Assembly: GCA_963820825.1 (NCBI GenBank)
Contig: CAWGBN010000009.1
Coordinates: 96,001-160,000 of the forward strand
DNA: 64,000 nt
Direction: 5' to 3'
DNA from: Vulcanimicrobiota bacterium
Lineage (GTDB): Bacteria; Vulcanimicrobiota; Vulcanimicrobiia; Vulcanimicrobiales; Vulcanimicrobiaceae
A model generated the notes under the pieces. The model ran no database searches. It worked only from the letters and a program-made list of their open reading frames with translations, and was not told where the DNA came from. A program made the translations under genes and the position numbers. Of this stretch, positions 48,372 through 58,491 are shown one piece after another (positions within the stretch are counted from its first letter, which is position 1; the number at the start of each line of letters is the position of its first letter).

Positions 48372-49994
48372 GTGGTGGCTGCCCGGGTCGTTGCACTGCT
48401 CGCCGTTATCGCGCTGCTCCCAGGGGCGGCCCCACCGCCCCGAGACCGATTGAACAACGGCATTTGGGCCGGGTTTCTGCACCTTGGCGGCTCGGCGACT
48501 TACGTCACGGTCGCGTTTCCCGATGCGGCCGCCGCCGACGACCCACAAGGCGACCTCTACTTTCCGAAGCGATCCGAGGTCGGCTCGCCCCTCTCGGCGG
48601 TTTCCCGCAAGGGTCGTACCATCGCATTTCAAGCTCGGTACGGCGCCCTGACCTACCGCTTCGCGGGTGCGATCGAGGGGGATGCGATCCGCGGTTCGCT
48701 TCGCGCAGAACCACACGCAGTGGGAACTTTCGACCTTCATCATTTGATCCGGCTCGATGCATCGCTGTTGGAGCCGTTCGTCGGCACCTATCGCGCGCCG
48801 GATCGCGATGTAATGGTGGCGCGCCCGTACACGTATGACATGTTCCTCGATACGAAGACTGGGCGAATGGGATTCCTCTGGCCGTCGGGTCCCGACACGT
48901 TCGTAACCGGTCCCTCCAAAGGAATCCACTTCCCGTTCGTTGCGACATTCCGGTTCACGCGCAACGCCAGTGGCGCAGTCCGCGCCGTCGACGTGGCGTT
49001 TGCAAGGGGTGCCGCCATCCACGCTACCCGCGTACCGTCGTTTCGGTCGCGTCCGCTCGATTTCGCAAACGGGGCAGCGACTCTGCGCGGCACGCTTTTC
49101 GTGCCCGATGCCAACCCGCCGTTTCCGGCCGTAATGCTGTTGGCCGGATCCAACTATCAAACGCGCTCCGGACAGAATGCTTTTCTCTCCTGGGTGGGCG
49201 ACGTGTTCTTGAAGCACGGCTTTGCCGTGTACGCCTACGATAAGCGCGGTGCAGATTTTTCGACCGGCGAGCGCAGCGACGGCTTCGTCGTCACCGACGC
49301 GGTGAAAGGGTTCGAAGCGATGGCACGACAGCCGGAAGTGCGCGCGTCGTGCATGGGCATCTGGGGCATTAGCCAGGGCGGTATGGCGGCGCCTCAAGTC
49401 GCGGCAACGACGCCGGATGTCGCATTTATCGCCAATACGTCGGGTGCGATCGTCAACGGCAACCTGCAAGAAATTCAGCGAACGGCATTGGAGATGCGCG
49501 CCGACGGCTTCTCCGAAAGCGAAATTGCCGACGCCGTGCGCCTGCAAACCCTCAAGTTCGACTACGCGATGACCGGCAAAGGTTGGGATGCGTACATCGC
49601 AGCCTACCACGCCTACGAGCATCGCGCATGGTTCCCCGATCCCTATGTCGGGCCGCCGAGCGACCCCAAGAGTCCCGCCTTCGCCTTCTGGGCTCAGGAA
49701 GGCGATAAGTCTCCGGCCGACTACTGGAGAGAGTTTCGCGGTCAGGCGCTCTACGTCGACGGCGAGTTCGAAACGAACGAAGATCGAGCGGCGAACTTCG
49801 AGGCATTCGTGGACGCGATGAAAACTGCTGGAAACACGACCTACGAAACCGACGTCGTGCCGGGCGCGGATCACAGCATGCTGGTCGATCCGCGCGGCGG
49901 CAACGCCATCGACCGCCTCCTCACGAGTTTCGCGATGGGTTATTTCTCAACGCTTGGACGCTGGATCGACACGATTGCGTGCGCCCGGCGCTAG
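48372..49994 (+). CDS. Secreted alpha/beta hydrolase with N-terminal beta domains
   Basis: YDKRG, WGISQGG, PGADH. Confidence 0.85.
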   Translation: MVAARVVALLAVIALLPGAAPPPRDRLNNGIWAGFLHLGGSATYVTVAFPDAAAADDPQGDLYFPKRSEVGSPLSAVSRKGRTIAFQARYGALTYRFAGAIEGDAIRGSLRAEPHAVGTFDLHHLIRLDASLLEPFVGTYRAPDRDVMVARPYTYDMFLDTKTGRMGFLWPSGPDTFVTGPSKGIHFPFVATFRFTRNASGAVRAVDVAFARGAAIHATRVPSFRSRPLDFANGAATLRGTLFVPDANPPFPAVMLLAGSNYQTRSGQNAFLSWVGDVFLKHGFAVYAYDKRGADFSTGERSDGFVVTDAVKGFEAMARQPEVRASCMGIWGISQGGMAAPQVAATTPDVAFIANTSGAIVNGNLQEIQRTALEMRADGFSESEIADAVRLQTLKFDYAMTGKGWDAYIAAYHAYEHRAWFPDPYVGPPSDPKSPAFAFWAQEGDKSPADYWREFRGQALYVDGEFETNEDRAANFEAFVDAMKTAGNTTYETDVVPGADHSMLVDPRGGNAIDRLLTSFAMGYFSTLGRWIDTIACARR

Positions 49995-50086
49995 TCGACG
50001 AGGTTATCGTTGCAGTCTCGATCGCGACCGAGCGAGCAGACCCTCCGCAGTTGACCCTGTCCGGCTAGCGGCAATACGGCAAGCGA

Positions 50087-50440
50087 TCACTTTCCGAAGA
50101 ATCCGGCGCGGATGGCGGCGGGGAGCGCCACCACGAGGCCGGCCGCCATCAGCAGCCAGAATGCAGCGACGATCCAATTGGAATAATTCATCGCAGCTTT
50201 GATCGGTCCGATGCCGCCGTTGCCGAGCGCGACCTGCACGCCCAGCACCACTCTCACCATCAGTGGAATCACCGAGAAGCCGAAGAGCACGAAGAGCGTA
50301 AAGAATACGATCTTTACCGGCGTCTCGAGCGCGGCCGGGTTCTTCACGACGTTGGCCGACTGCAGAGCGTTGCCGACGAAGGCCAACAAGAAAATGATCG
50401 CCAGGAGGCTACCGGATACGATCGCCGGTACGCGCAGCCC
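50087..50440 (-). CDS. Small membrane protein (start uncertain)
   Basis: Three hydrophobic segments; the coding-like frame extends upstream of the track start at 50389. Confidence 0.65.
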   Translation of the reverse strand, partial: GLRVPAIVSGSLLAIIFLLAFVGNALQSANVVKNPAALETPVKIVFFTLFVLFGFSVIPLMVRVVLGVQVALGNGGIGPIKAAMNYSNWIVAAFWLLMAAGLVVALPAAIRAGFFGK

Positions 50441-50478
50441 ACTCGTAGTAGCAACTCCTTTCGCCGTTGGTGTGACGG

Positions 50479-50811
50479 CTAGGCGACTACCCTTGTCTCC
50501 GCGACGACTTCAAGAGGAATTACGGAGACCTGACCCGCCGAAACCTGACTCGTACGACCGGTATAGTACTCGAAGTATGCCCGCTCGGCAAGCAGATCCG
50601 CGGCATCCTGATCGACCGCCGTCGCCATGTGATAGTAGTCGTTATCGGGCGTCCTCATCGCTCGATAGGTGATCTTCTCTCGCAGCTCGGGGTCGCTTTC
50701 GAGGCACGCAATAAACATCTCGATGTCGCGATGCCAATCGGCCATGGAGCCTTGGTCGAGGTGATACCGAATTAGGACGTGTTTCACGTGCAAATCCTCA
50801 AGCAAGTACAT
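50479..50811 (-). CDS. Hypothetical protein (ABM-like fold possible)
   Basis: HVLIRY...YYHMA...YFEYY pattern; fills the gap. Confidence 0.6.
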   Translation of the reverse strand: MYLLEDLHVKHVLIRYHLDQGSMADWHRDIEMFIACLESDPELREKITYRAMRTPDNDYYHMATAVDQDAADLLAERAYFEYYTGRTSQVSAGQVSVIPLEVVAETRVVA

Positions 50812-50881
50812 TACGACGTAGCATGAGCCAGCGTATGCAACTACGTCAACCTGCGGGTCACCCCATCTTTGTCACTGCCTG

Positions 50882-50900
50882 CGTTAACCGCTGCTTAAGA
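50882..50900. promoter_or_regulatory. Second TTAACC-N5-TTAAGA tandem box
   Basis: cgttaaccgctgcttaa matches 14/17 positions of the box at 12252. Confidence 0.45.
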
Positions 50901-51031
50901 CGAGACCGCTAATCGTGGATCGCGCACGGCTTTCCCAGGCCGCCGTAGGAGGCAAACGCGGCAAGAAGCGAGGTCTCGCTGGGCAGGCAGCGAACGCTGC
51001 TGCACTCGACTGCCCACTGAAAGGACATCCC

Positions 51032-51289
51032 ATGCGCAGACCGACGATCACGCACGTGGCAGCAGCGATCGCATTCGCTGCAGTTGCTTGCGCCACCGTA
51101 ACGCTCGCTACGGCGCAACCGGTGACCGTGGCACAGACGATGCCGCCGACTCCGCCGAGCCCCGAGGCGCCTACCGCGATGCCGAGCGCGCCGAGCGCAC
51201 CCGCGATGCCTGCTATGCCGACCGCTCCTGCGATGCCGGGCGCGCCGGCCGCCTCGCCGATGCCTTCCATGTCATCCGCTCCGATGTAG
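51032..51289 (+). CDS. Small secreted Pro/Ala/Met-rich protein
   Basis: AAGGA RBS, signal peptide, AMP/APS repeats. Confidence 0.72.
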   Translation: MRRPTITHVAAAIAFAAVACATVTLATAQPVTVAQTMPPTPPSPEAPTAMPSAPSAPAMPAMPTAPAMPGAPAASPMPSMSSAPM

Positions 51290-51388
51290 CGGCAAGCCAA
51301 GCGGCAGGCCGGGCTGCGTCCCGCCGACGAACTCGGGCATGGGTCCCCTTAACCATCTCGCCACTACTATCAAAAAGTAAGGAGGAAC

Positions 51389-53837
51389 ATGCGAAGATCA
51401 ACACGCGTGATGGCGTCAACGCTCGGACTGACGCTAACGCTCACCGCATGCGGAGGACAGAGTACTTCGATCCCTTGGGCCGGCACGAATAGTAACGGCC
51501 CAACCACCGAGTCGGCGGCCCGCACGGCAAAACCAGACCGGCCTCTCATCTCGGTTCCACAACTCACCGGTGACCTCGCCTATACCGACGCCGGCCGCCG
51601 CGGTAACAACGCGCCGGTTCGCGTCCAGCTGGTGCTGCGATACCGCGATCAGGCGGAACTCGATCACCTGGTTGCAAGCATTAGCGACCCGCGCTCCGGC
51701 GTAACGCGCCGCGCGCTTACACCGAAGCAGTTCAAGGAACGTTATGCGCCGACGGCGCTGCAAGAGGAACGCGTGGTGCGTGCCCTCGAGCGAGCCGGCT
51801 TCAGAATCGTCAAACGCTTTCCGAATCGCACGATCGTCGACGCGATTGCGCGTACCTCGGTCGTCGAGCGTTTTTTTTCGACGGAGATTCACACCGTACG
51901 TCAAGGTAAGTACGGCGAACGCTACACGAACGTCAAGCCGGCAACGGTCCCGCACGAAATCGCCGCGCTCGTTCGCGACGTTTCGCTCGACAACGTCGTC
52001 GTCGTCCGAACCGTCGCCGAGCAAGACGGCGTCGAGAGTCAGCGAACCGCGCCGCAGTTTCCGGTAGACGGCATGGGCCGGCCTCGCATTCCCCTCGCAC
52101 CGAGTGGAATCCGACCCGGCGATTCCAACGGCAACTTAGTCAACGGTACCTTTGAGAGCGGCTCGTTGACCCCGGGTTGGATCAACGAGAGCACGCGCAG
52201 CAGCTACGCGCAAGTTACCACGAGACAAGCCCATTCGGGCAGCTATTCGGCCTTCACGGGCTCGCTGCAGCCGCCGGAGATCAACGGCTGGGGCGCGATT
52301 GCACAGCTGGTAAAAGTGCCGGCAAACGGCGTGCTCTCGTTCTGGGTCTATCAGGGCTCCAACGAATCCCAGAAAGGCTACGGCACGAAATACGCGTGGC
52401 AGGCCGGTTACCTGCTCAACCAAAGCGGAACGATTCTCACGACGTTCTTTAAGACCGTCAATACCACCAACGGTTGGGTGAACTATCAGGTAAACCTCAG
52501 CGCGTACGCCGGTCAGACCGACTACATCTATTTCGGCTGTTACGGCGACGGCTATAGCCAAACGTACGTCTATCAATACGTCGACGACGTCGCTTGGGCT
52601 GGGGCGACACCCTCTCCATCGCCGACGCCGACGGCTACTCCCACGCCGCGGCCGACGCCGACGCCAACACCGACGCCGACGGCAAGCCCAACGCCGACGC
52701 CGCATCCTACTCCGACTCCGACGGCGACGCCGACCGCAACGCCGACGGCAAGCCCGACACCGACGGCAAGTCCGACGTCGACGCCGAGCAGCGGCTGCAA
52801 CGGTGCGGCTCCGGATAACGGACCGCTAACCAACTCCTCGGGAACGCTGGCAACCGGTGTGGCCAAGCCATTTGACTTCCCCGTTCAGCACGGATGCAAC
52901 GGAGCCGGTTACACCGCCGCGATCGCCATCGACGATCCGGTCAACAAGAGCTACCTCACCACGTATCTCTCGGCAGCCGGCGTAACCCAAACCGGTACCG
53001 TAACGAACGAAACCGTCGACGGCGGGGGAAGCGGTGACGAACCCGAGACCGACCTCGACGTGCAGACCATCGCCGGATTGGCACCGGGAGCGAATATCAT
53101 CGTCTACGACATGGGCTCGCTCACCGACCAAGCCATCGAGGACACCTATAACCAGGCGCTCAGCGACGCCAAGGCGACTGCGGTGAACTCATCGTTCGGC
53201 GGTTGTGAATCGAGCGACGTCTCCTTCGCCGATGCGACGAACTCCATCGCGCAACAGGGCGCCGCGGAGGGCGTTGAGTTCTCGGCTTCGAGCGGCGACT
53301 CGGGCAGCAACGAGTGCGGCGGAAAAGGAGTCCAGTGCACCCGCGGGCGGTCCGTACTTCTCGTCGATCGGCGGCATCGACTTCACCGACAACAGCAACG
53401 GTCAGCTCCTGACGGTTACCATGGGCAACGTCAGCGGCGACTCGGGCGGCGGCGGCGTCTCGACCGTCTTCGCCCTGCCTAGTTACCAGAGCGGGATCAC
53501 CGGAATGATTACGACGGGTCGCAATCAACCCGACTTCTCGCTGCCGTTCTATCCGGTCGCCGTCTACACGGGCGGCAGCTGGGGTGAATACTTGGGAACT
53601 TCTTGGTCGTCGCCCGCTTCGGTGGCGCTGATCCTGGAAGCCAACGAACTCCACTCCACCAAGCTGGGATGGATCGACCCAACGATCTACAGCCTATTTG
53701 CCTCTACCGGATACAGCACGTACTACACGCCCTGTACTTCCGGCAACAACGGAGCGTACTCGTGTAACGCTTCGCAATATAATCAGGCTGCAGGAATCGG
53801 AGCTCCGAAGGGCTGGGCACTCGCCAACGCTCTCTGA
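51389..53837 (+). CDS. S53 (sedolisin/kumamolisin) peptidase lipoprotein (frameshift near 53334)
   Basis: Lipobox LTAC, activation prodomain, ETDLDVQ, SSGDSG, GRNQPD, GTSWSSP, YNQAAGIGAP. Confidence 0.9.
52608..52790 (+). repeat. Pro/Thr linker-coding repeat
   Basis: acgccg-type tandem units encoding (PT)n. Confidence 0.85.
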
Positions 53838-53845
53838 GCTTAACG

Positions 53846-53873
53846 GCGGGGATGCGCTACGGCGCATCCCCGC
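53846..53873. terminator. Hairpin between convergent genes (probable terminator)
   Basis: 12-bp perfect stem GCGGGGATGCGC-TACG-GCGCATCCCCGC; no clear U-tract. Confidence 0.65.
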
Positions 53874-54416
53874 TCAATGGCTGCGGTCGCCCGTGACCTC
53901 CACCCACTGCGGCTGCGAAATTCCGTAAACGTAGATCGGCTTCCCGAGGCGATTGGTATCGAGGCGTTTGAGCCGCGTCATTCCGTTTCGCTGCGCGACG
54001 GCAATTGAAGGCACGTTGTTGACGTCGATGAACGAGACGACGCGATCGGGTTCGAGATTGGCGAAGGCCCAATCGCGACACGCCCGCGCGGCCTCGGTCG
54101 CATACCCCATCTTCCAGAATTCCGGCAACAGCATGTACGCGACCTCCACGTCCTCTCGTGCGTCGACGTCGTCCCAATGCAGCAGGCCGATCTGGCCGGC
54201 ATACGCGCCGTCCTCTCTTCGTTCGACTGCGAACAACGAGTACCCGTGTCTGGCATACGAGGCGAGAATCGAATCGAGCACCTTTTGACAGCGCTCCACG
54301 TCGTAAGTTTCGGGATAGTAGCGCATGACGAGCGGATCGCTCATGACGCGGTGAACGAGATCGACTTCGCCCTCACGATAACGCCGCAGCCGTAGGCGCG
54401 GCGTCTCAATCAGCAC
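53874..54416 (-). CDS. GNAT (RimJ/RimL-like) acetyltransferase
   Basis: IETPRLRLR, EVAY, FWKMGYATEAA, NVPSIAVAQRNG. Confidence 0.9.
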   Translation of the reverse strand: MLIETPRLRLRRYREGEVDLVHRVMSDPLVMRYYPETYDVERCQKVLDSILASYARHGYSLFAVERREDGAYAGQIGLLHWDDVDAREDVEVAYMLLPEFWKMGYATEAARACRDWAFANLEPDRVVSFIDVNNVPSIAVAQRNGMTRLKRLDTNRLGKPIYVYGISQPQWVEVTGDRSH

Positions 54417-55078
54417 TTCCGGGTGAGGCTGTAGCCGCCGCCGGTCAGATGTTTACCGTCGGCCGAAAGCGTCAGCGTGTGATTGCCGTAGTAGGTCAGC
54501 GTTACCGTGTTGCCCTTGATGCCCCAGTTGCCCGAGACGCCGTCGCTATCGGTGAGGTCGCCGTTGAGCTCCATCGTAAACGTCTTTTTCGAATCGCTAT
54601 CCGAGACCCAGGTGCCGACGAGATTCGTCGTCGCGCAGCCGGTCGGCACCGGCGTCGGCGTCGGCATCGCCGCGAGTTCCTTGATCGCGCCGCCGTAGAA
54701 CTTGTGCGCGACGTTCAAGCACAGATCGGTCGCTCCATACGGATTATCCGGCAGCTGCACCGCGCAGGTGAAGGTCACGACGTAGCCTTTCGGAAGCGCG
54801 TAGCAGCGCACCACGGCCGTTGCCGTCGGCGCTCCGGCAAGACCGACGGCCGAATGCGCGATCCAATCGCCGCTTCCGGGATTCGACTCGGCTGCATCTT
54901 GCAAGAAGGCGTCGAGCGACGACTTCGCCTTGGCGCCGCAATCGGTGAGCGAACCATCGGGGCTCACGTGCCGGATTCCCACCGAGAGGTCGACCGAGGC
55001 CGGTGCGCTCGAGCCGCACCAAATCGTCGCGACCGTCAGCCCGGCGAGCGCGAGTGCGGCTCGTCGAAGCGACTCCAT
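54410..55078 (-). CDS. Secreted four-Cys-domain protein with C-terminal extra domain
   Basis: Signal peptide, C..KA...CY.L..GY.VTFTCA.Q.P...C domain, PTPTP linker. Confidence 0.75.
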   Translation of the reverse strand: MESLRRAALALAGLTVATIWCGSSAPASVDLSVGIRHVSPDGSLTDCGAKAKSSLDAFLQDAAESNPGSGDWIAHSAVGLAGAPTATAVVRCYALPKGYVVTFTCAVQLPDNPYGATDLCLNVAHKFYGGAIKELAAMPTPTPVPTGCATTNLVGTWVSDSDSKKTFTMELNGDLTDSDGVSGNWGIKGNTVTLTYYGNHTLTLSADGKHLTGGGYSLTRKC

Positions 55079-55482
55079 TACGGTTGACCTCCAAACGCCG
55101 CCGAGAGCTTAGAGCAGATCACGCTCGCCGCCTCGGTCGCGGGCGGCGTCTGCGACGCGCAGGTAAACGTGACGAGATAGCCGTTGACGTCGTCGAGCGG
55201 ATAGCAGTGAATCGCAGCGGCCGCAAACGAGTTACCCGATGCGTCGGTGGCGCCGTAGCCTTCCCACTCCCCGGTATCGCCGATTTCGGCGACCTTTCCA
55301 AGCACCGAACCTAGCGCGGCACTCGCTTTGGAGTTGCAGTTGCTCAGCGGCTGATTTTTCACGACGTTGCGATCGCCAACGACCACGTCGAGTGAGGCCG
55401 GTGCGTTCGCTCGTGCGGCACCGAATGCCAGCGCCAGGCCGAGTGCAGATGCGATGATGCGAAAGCGTGACGGTTTAGTCAA
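55078..55482 (-). CDS. Secreted four-Cys protein, paralog of the downstream gene
   Basis: GAGGAGG RBS before TTG 55482; same Cys pattern. Confidence 0.75.
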   Translation of the reverse strand: MTKPSRFRIIASALGLALAFGAARANAPASLDVVVGDRNVVKNQPLSNCNSKASAALGSVLGKVAEIGDTGEWEGYGATDASGNSFAAAAIHCYPLDDVNGYLVTFTCASQTPPATEAASVICSKLSAAFGGQP

Positions 55483-55572
55483 GGGCGCCCTCCTCAAGAG
55501 CGGAATGCGTTAGACGACAGCGCAGTCCTCCCCTATGGGAGGCCTGGCGCTTTCCTACCGGAAGCTTAGCGC

Positions 55573-57660
55573 ATGAAACGTGCCGTAGCCTCCGTTGCAT
55601 GCATCGCGTTCCTCGCCGTCACAGCCCCGCCGAGCGATCCGTTCTTGTGGCTGGAAAACGTACACGGCACCCGCGCGATGGCCTGGGTGCAAGCCCAGAA
55701 TGCCCGAACGCTCGGCGTGCTCAAGAGCGATCCGAACTTCGCGGGTCTCTATGCCGACGCGCTCAAGATCGTGGAGGCAAAGGATCGGATTCCCACGCCG
55801 GAGTTCGTCGCGCGCGACGTCTACAATTTCTGGCAAGACGCGGCGCACGTGCGCGGCATCTGGCGGCGCACCACGCCCGCCGATTTCGCCGCCGCCGAGC
55901 CAAACTGGACGACGGTCCTCGACCTAGACGCGCTTTCGGCGAGCGAACACGCCAACTGGGTCTGGAAGGGCGCCGATTGCGCGTGGCCGAGCGAGTCCCG
56001 CTGTCTGCTCTATCTCTCCGACGGCGGCGAAGACGCGATCGCCGCGCGCGAGTACGACGTGAACGCCAAGCAGTTCGTCGCCGATGGATTCAGCCTGCCG
56101 CGAGCCAAGCAGCGAACGGCCTGGGAGAGCCCGGACTCGCTCTTGGTCTCGCGCGATTGGTCGCCCGGCGAGTTGACGACGTCGGGCTACCCGTACGTCG
56201 TCAAACGCCTGCACCGCGGCCAAACCCTCGCCGACGCCGTCGAAGTCTTCCGCGGAGCGAAATCGGACGGCGGCTACGGCGTTACCCCGGCCGTCTTTCA
56301 CGACGGTGCGGGGAATGCGGCAACGATGATCGAGCGGCCGCTCTCGACCTTCAAGTCGGAGTACTATCTCGTAACGTCGAGCGGCCCGCAGAAGCTCGCC
56401 GTGCCGCTCCAATCGCAGCCGATGGCACTCGTCGCCGGGCGGCTGCTCTTCACCCTGCAAGAGAATTGGAGCGTGAACGGCTCGAGCTTCCCGCAAGGAT
56501 CGCTCGTCGCGCTCGACCTCGCCGCGGCGAGCGCCGATCCGGCAAATCTCAAACCGACGCTCGTCTATGCGCCCGGACCGCGTGAAATGCTCGACACGGT
56601 CGCGCAGACGAGCTCGCAACTGGTCGTCACGACGTACGAAAACGTGCGCGGCCGAGGATGGATCTATACGCCGGCCGCCGGCGGCTGGTCGAAGACGCGT
56701 CTCGACCTTCCCGACAACTCGACGGTTGCCGTCAACGATGCCGATCAGCAGGGCGAGACCGCCTACATCACCGCGACGAGTTTCCTGACGCCTCCCTCGC
56801 TCTGGCAGCTCGATACGGCGACCGGCGCGCTGCGCGTCGTGAAGACCTCACCGGCGCGATTCGACGCCTCGAACGACGCCGTCGAGCAGCGCGAGGCGAC
56901 CTCGAAGGACGGAACGCAGATTCCGTACTTCATCGTCCATCCCAAGAACATGCAGCTCAACGGAGAGAATCCGACGCTGCTCTACGCCTACGGAGGCTTT
57001 AAGGTTTCGGAGACGCCGAACTACAGCGGGATTCTCGGCAAGCTGTGGCTCGAGCGCGGCGGCGTCTACGTGCTCGCGAACATTCGCGGCGGCGGCGAGT
57101 TCGGCCCCGCGTGGCACGAAGCCGGTCTCACCACGCATCGTCAGCGCATCTACGACGACTTTGCCGCGGTCGCCGAAGACCTCATCGCGACCAGAGTGAC
57201 CAACCCGGGCCGGCTCGGCATCGAGGGCGGATCGAACGGCGGACTCTTGATGGGAGTTGAGTTTACGCAACACCCCGAACTCTGGCGCGCCGTGGACATT
57301 CAAGTCCCGCTCCTCGACATGCTGCGCTACGAACAGATCGAGGCGGGCGAATCGTGGACCGGCGAGTACGGCAGCGTCTCGAATCCGGAGCAGCGCGCCT
57401 TTCTGGCGAAGATCTCGCCGTATAACAATCTCCAGGCCGGCGTCCACTATCCCGAGCCGCTCATTTGGACGACGACGAAGGACGATCGCGTCGGCCCGCA
57501 GCACGCGCGCAAGTTCGCCGCAAAGCTGGCATCGCTGCACGATCCGTATCTCTTCTATGAGGTTATCGAGGGCGGGCACGCCTCCGGTGCCAACCTGCGC
57601 GAACGCGCCTTTACGAGCGCCCTCGAGATGACCTACTTCATCCGAAAGCTGATGAACTAG
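55573..57660 (+). CDS. Prolyl oligopeptidase (S9A)
   Basis: DPFLWLE, YAYGGF, NIRGGGEFG, GGSNGG, DDRV, GGH. Confidence 0.95.
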   Translation: MKRAVASVACIAFLAVTAPPSDPFLWLENVHGTRAMAWVQAQNARTLGVLKSDPNFAGLYADALKIVEAKDRIPTPEFVARDVYNFWQDAAHVRGIWRRTTPADFAAAEPNWTTVLDLDALSASEHANWVWKGADCAWPSESRCLLYLSDGGEDAIAAREYDVNAKQFVADGFSLPRAKQRTAWESPDSLLVSRDWSPGELTTSGYPYVVKRLHRGQTLADAVEVFRGAKSDGGYGVTPAVFHDGAGNAATMIERPLSTFKSEYYLVTSSGPQKLAVPLQSQPMALVAGRLLFTLQENWSVNGSSFPQGSLVALDLAAASADPANLKPTLVYAPGPREMLDTVAQTSSQLVVTTYENVRGRGWIYTPAAGGWSKTRLDLPDNSTVAVNDADQQGETAYITATSFLTPPSLWQLDTATGALRVVKTSPARFDASNDAVEQREATSKDGTQIPYFIVHPKNMQLNGENPTLLYAYGGFKVSETPNYSGILGKLWLERGGVYVLANIRGGGEFGPAWHEAGLTTHRQRIYDDFAAVAEDLIATRVTNPGRLGIEGGSNGGLLMGVEFTQHPELWRAVDIQVPLLDMLRYEQIEAGESWTGEYGSVSNPEQRAFLAKISPYNNLQAGVHYPEPLIWTTTKDDRVGPQHARKFAAKLASLHDPYLFYEVIEGGHASGANLRERAFTSALEMTYFIRKLMN

Positions 57661-57672
57661 GGGAGGAAGCCT

Positions 57673-58459
57673 CTAAAGGCGCAGCGCGCGTTCGGCGTTG
57701 CGGTGGCAGATCTTCTCGCGCTGCTCCTCGGTAATCGGCGCGCGGTCGATCCAGTCGGCGGCCTCCTTCGTCTCCTCGTACGGATAGTCGACCGAGAAGA
57801 GGACGCGGTCTTCGCCCATCTCGGCGATTGCGCATAACAGCGCGGAGTCCTGACAGGCGCCGGTGGTGGTGATCAGGAGGTTGGAGTGAAAGTACTCCGA
57901 GGGCTTCTTCTTGATTTTATTTGCGCTCGCGGTATCGTGAAGACGCTTGTCGATACGCCATGCAAAATACGGTAAGGTCTCGCCCATGTGTCCGAGGATG
58001 AACGTCAGCGCGGGATAGCGATCGAAGAGTCCGCGCTGAGGATCAGGCGCAGAAAGTGCGTCGAGTTGTCGAGGCTCCAGCCCCAGACCGCGCCCTGCAA
58101 ATCCGGATATCCCTCGATGACGTACGGCTGCACGTACGGATCGGCGGGATGGATGTAGACGGGCACGTCGAGCTCGAGCACCATCTCCCAAAACGGATAG
58201 TATCGCGGATCGTCCAGATAGACCCCGTTGGTGTTGCCGTTGATGAGCGCGCCGACGAAACCGAGCTCGTTCACGCAGCGCTGGAGCTCTTTGGAGGCCT
58301 CGGAGACGTCTTGCAGCGCGAGATGCGCGAAGGCGCGATACCGATCGGGATGGTGAGCGCGGCCCTCTTCTCGGCGTCCGGGACGAGCGCGAGCGTTTTT
58401 TCGAGATACTTCTCTAGACCGGGAGCGGTGAGCGCCTCTTCGAGCGCGATCTTCTTCAC
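57673..58459 (-). pseudogene. Amidohydrolase_2 (dihydroxybenzoate-decarboxylase-like), internally deleted and frameshifted
   Basis: KKIALEE, HPDRYRAFAHL, YIHP, GHMGETLP and FSVDYPYE split over three frames; the usual region between the N-terminus and HPDR appears missing. Confidence 0.72.
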
Positions 58460-58491
58460 GTTTGCTCTGCCTTTCTCGGTTGCGGCGTTCG

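Noticed and set aside
48351..49874. 507-aa minus-strand ORF
   Set aside because: It is antisense to the hydrolase, which has a promoter, an RBS and catalytic motifs.
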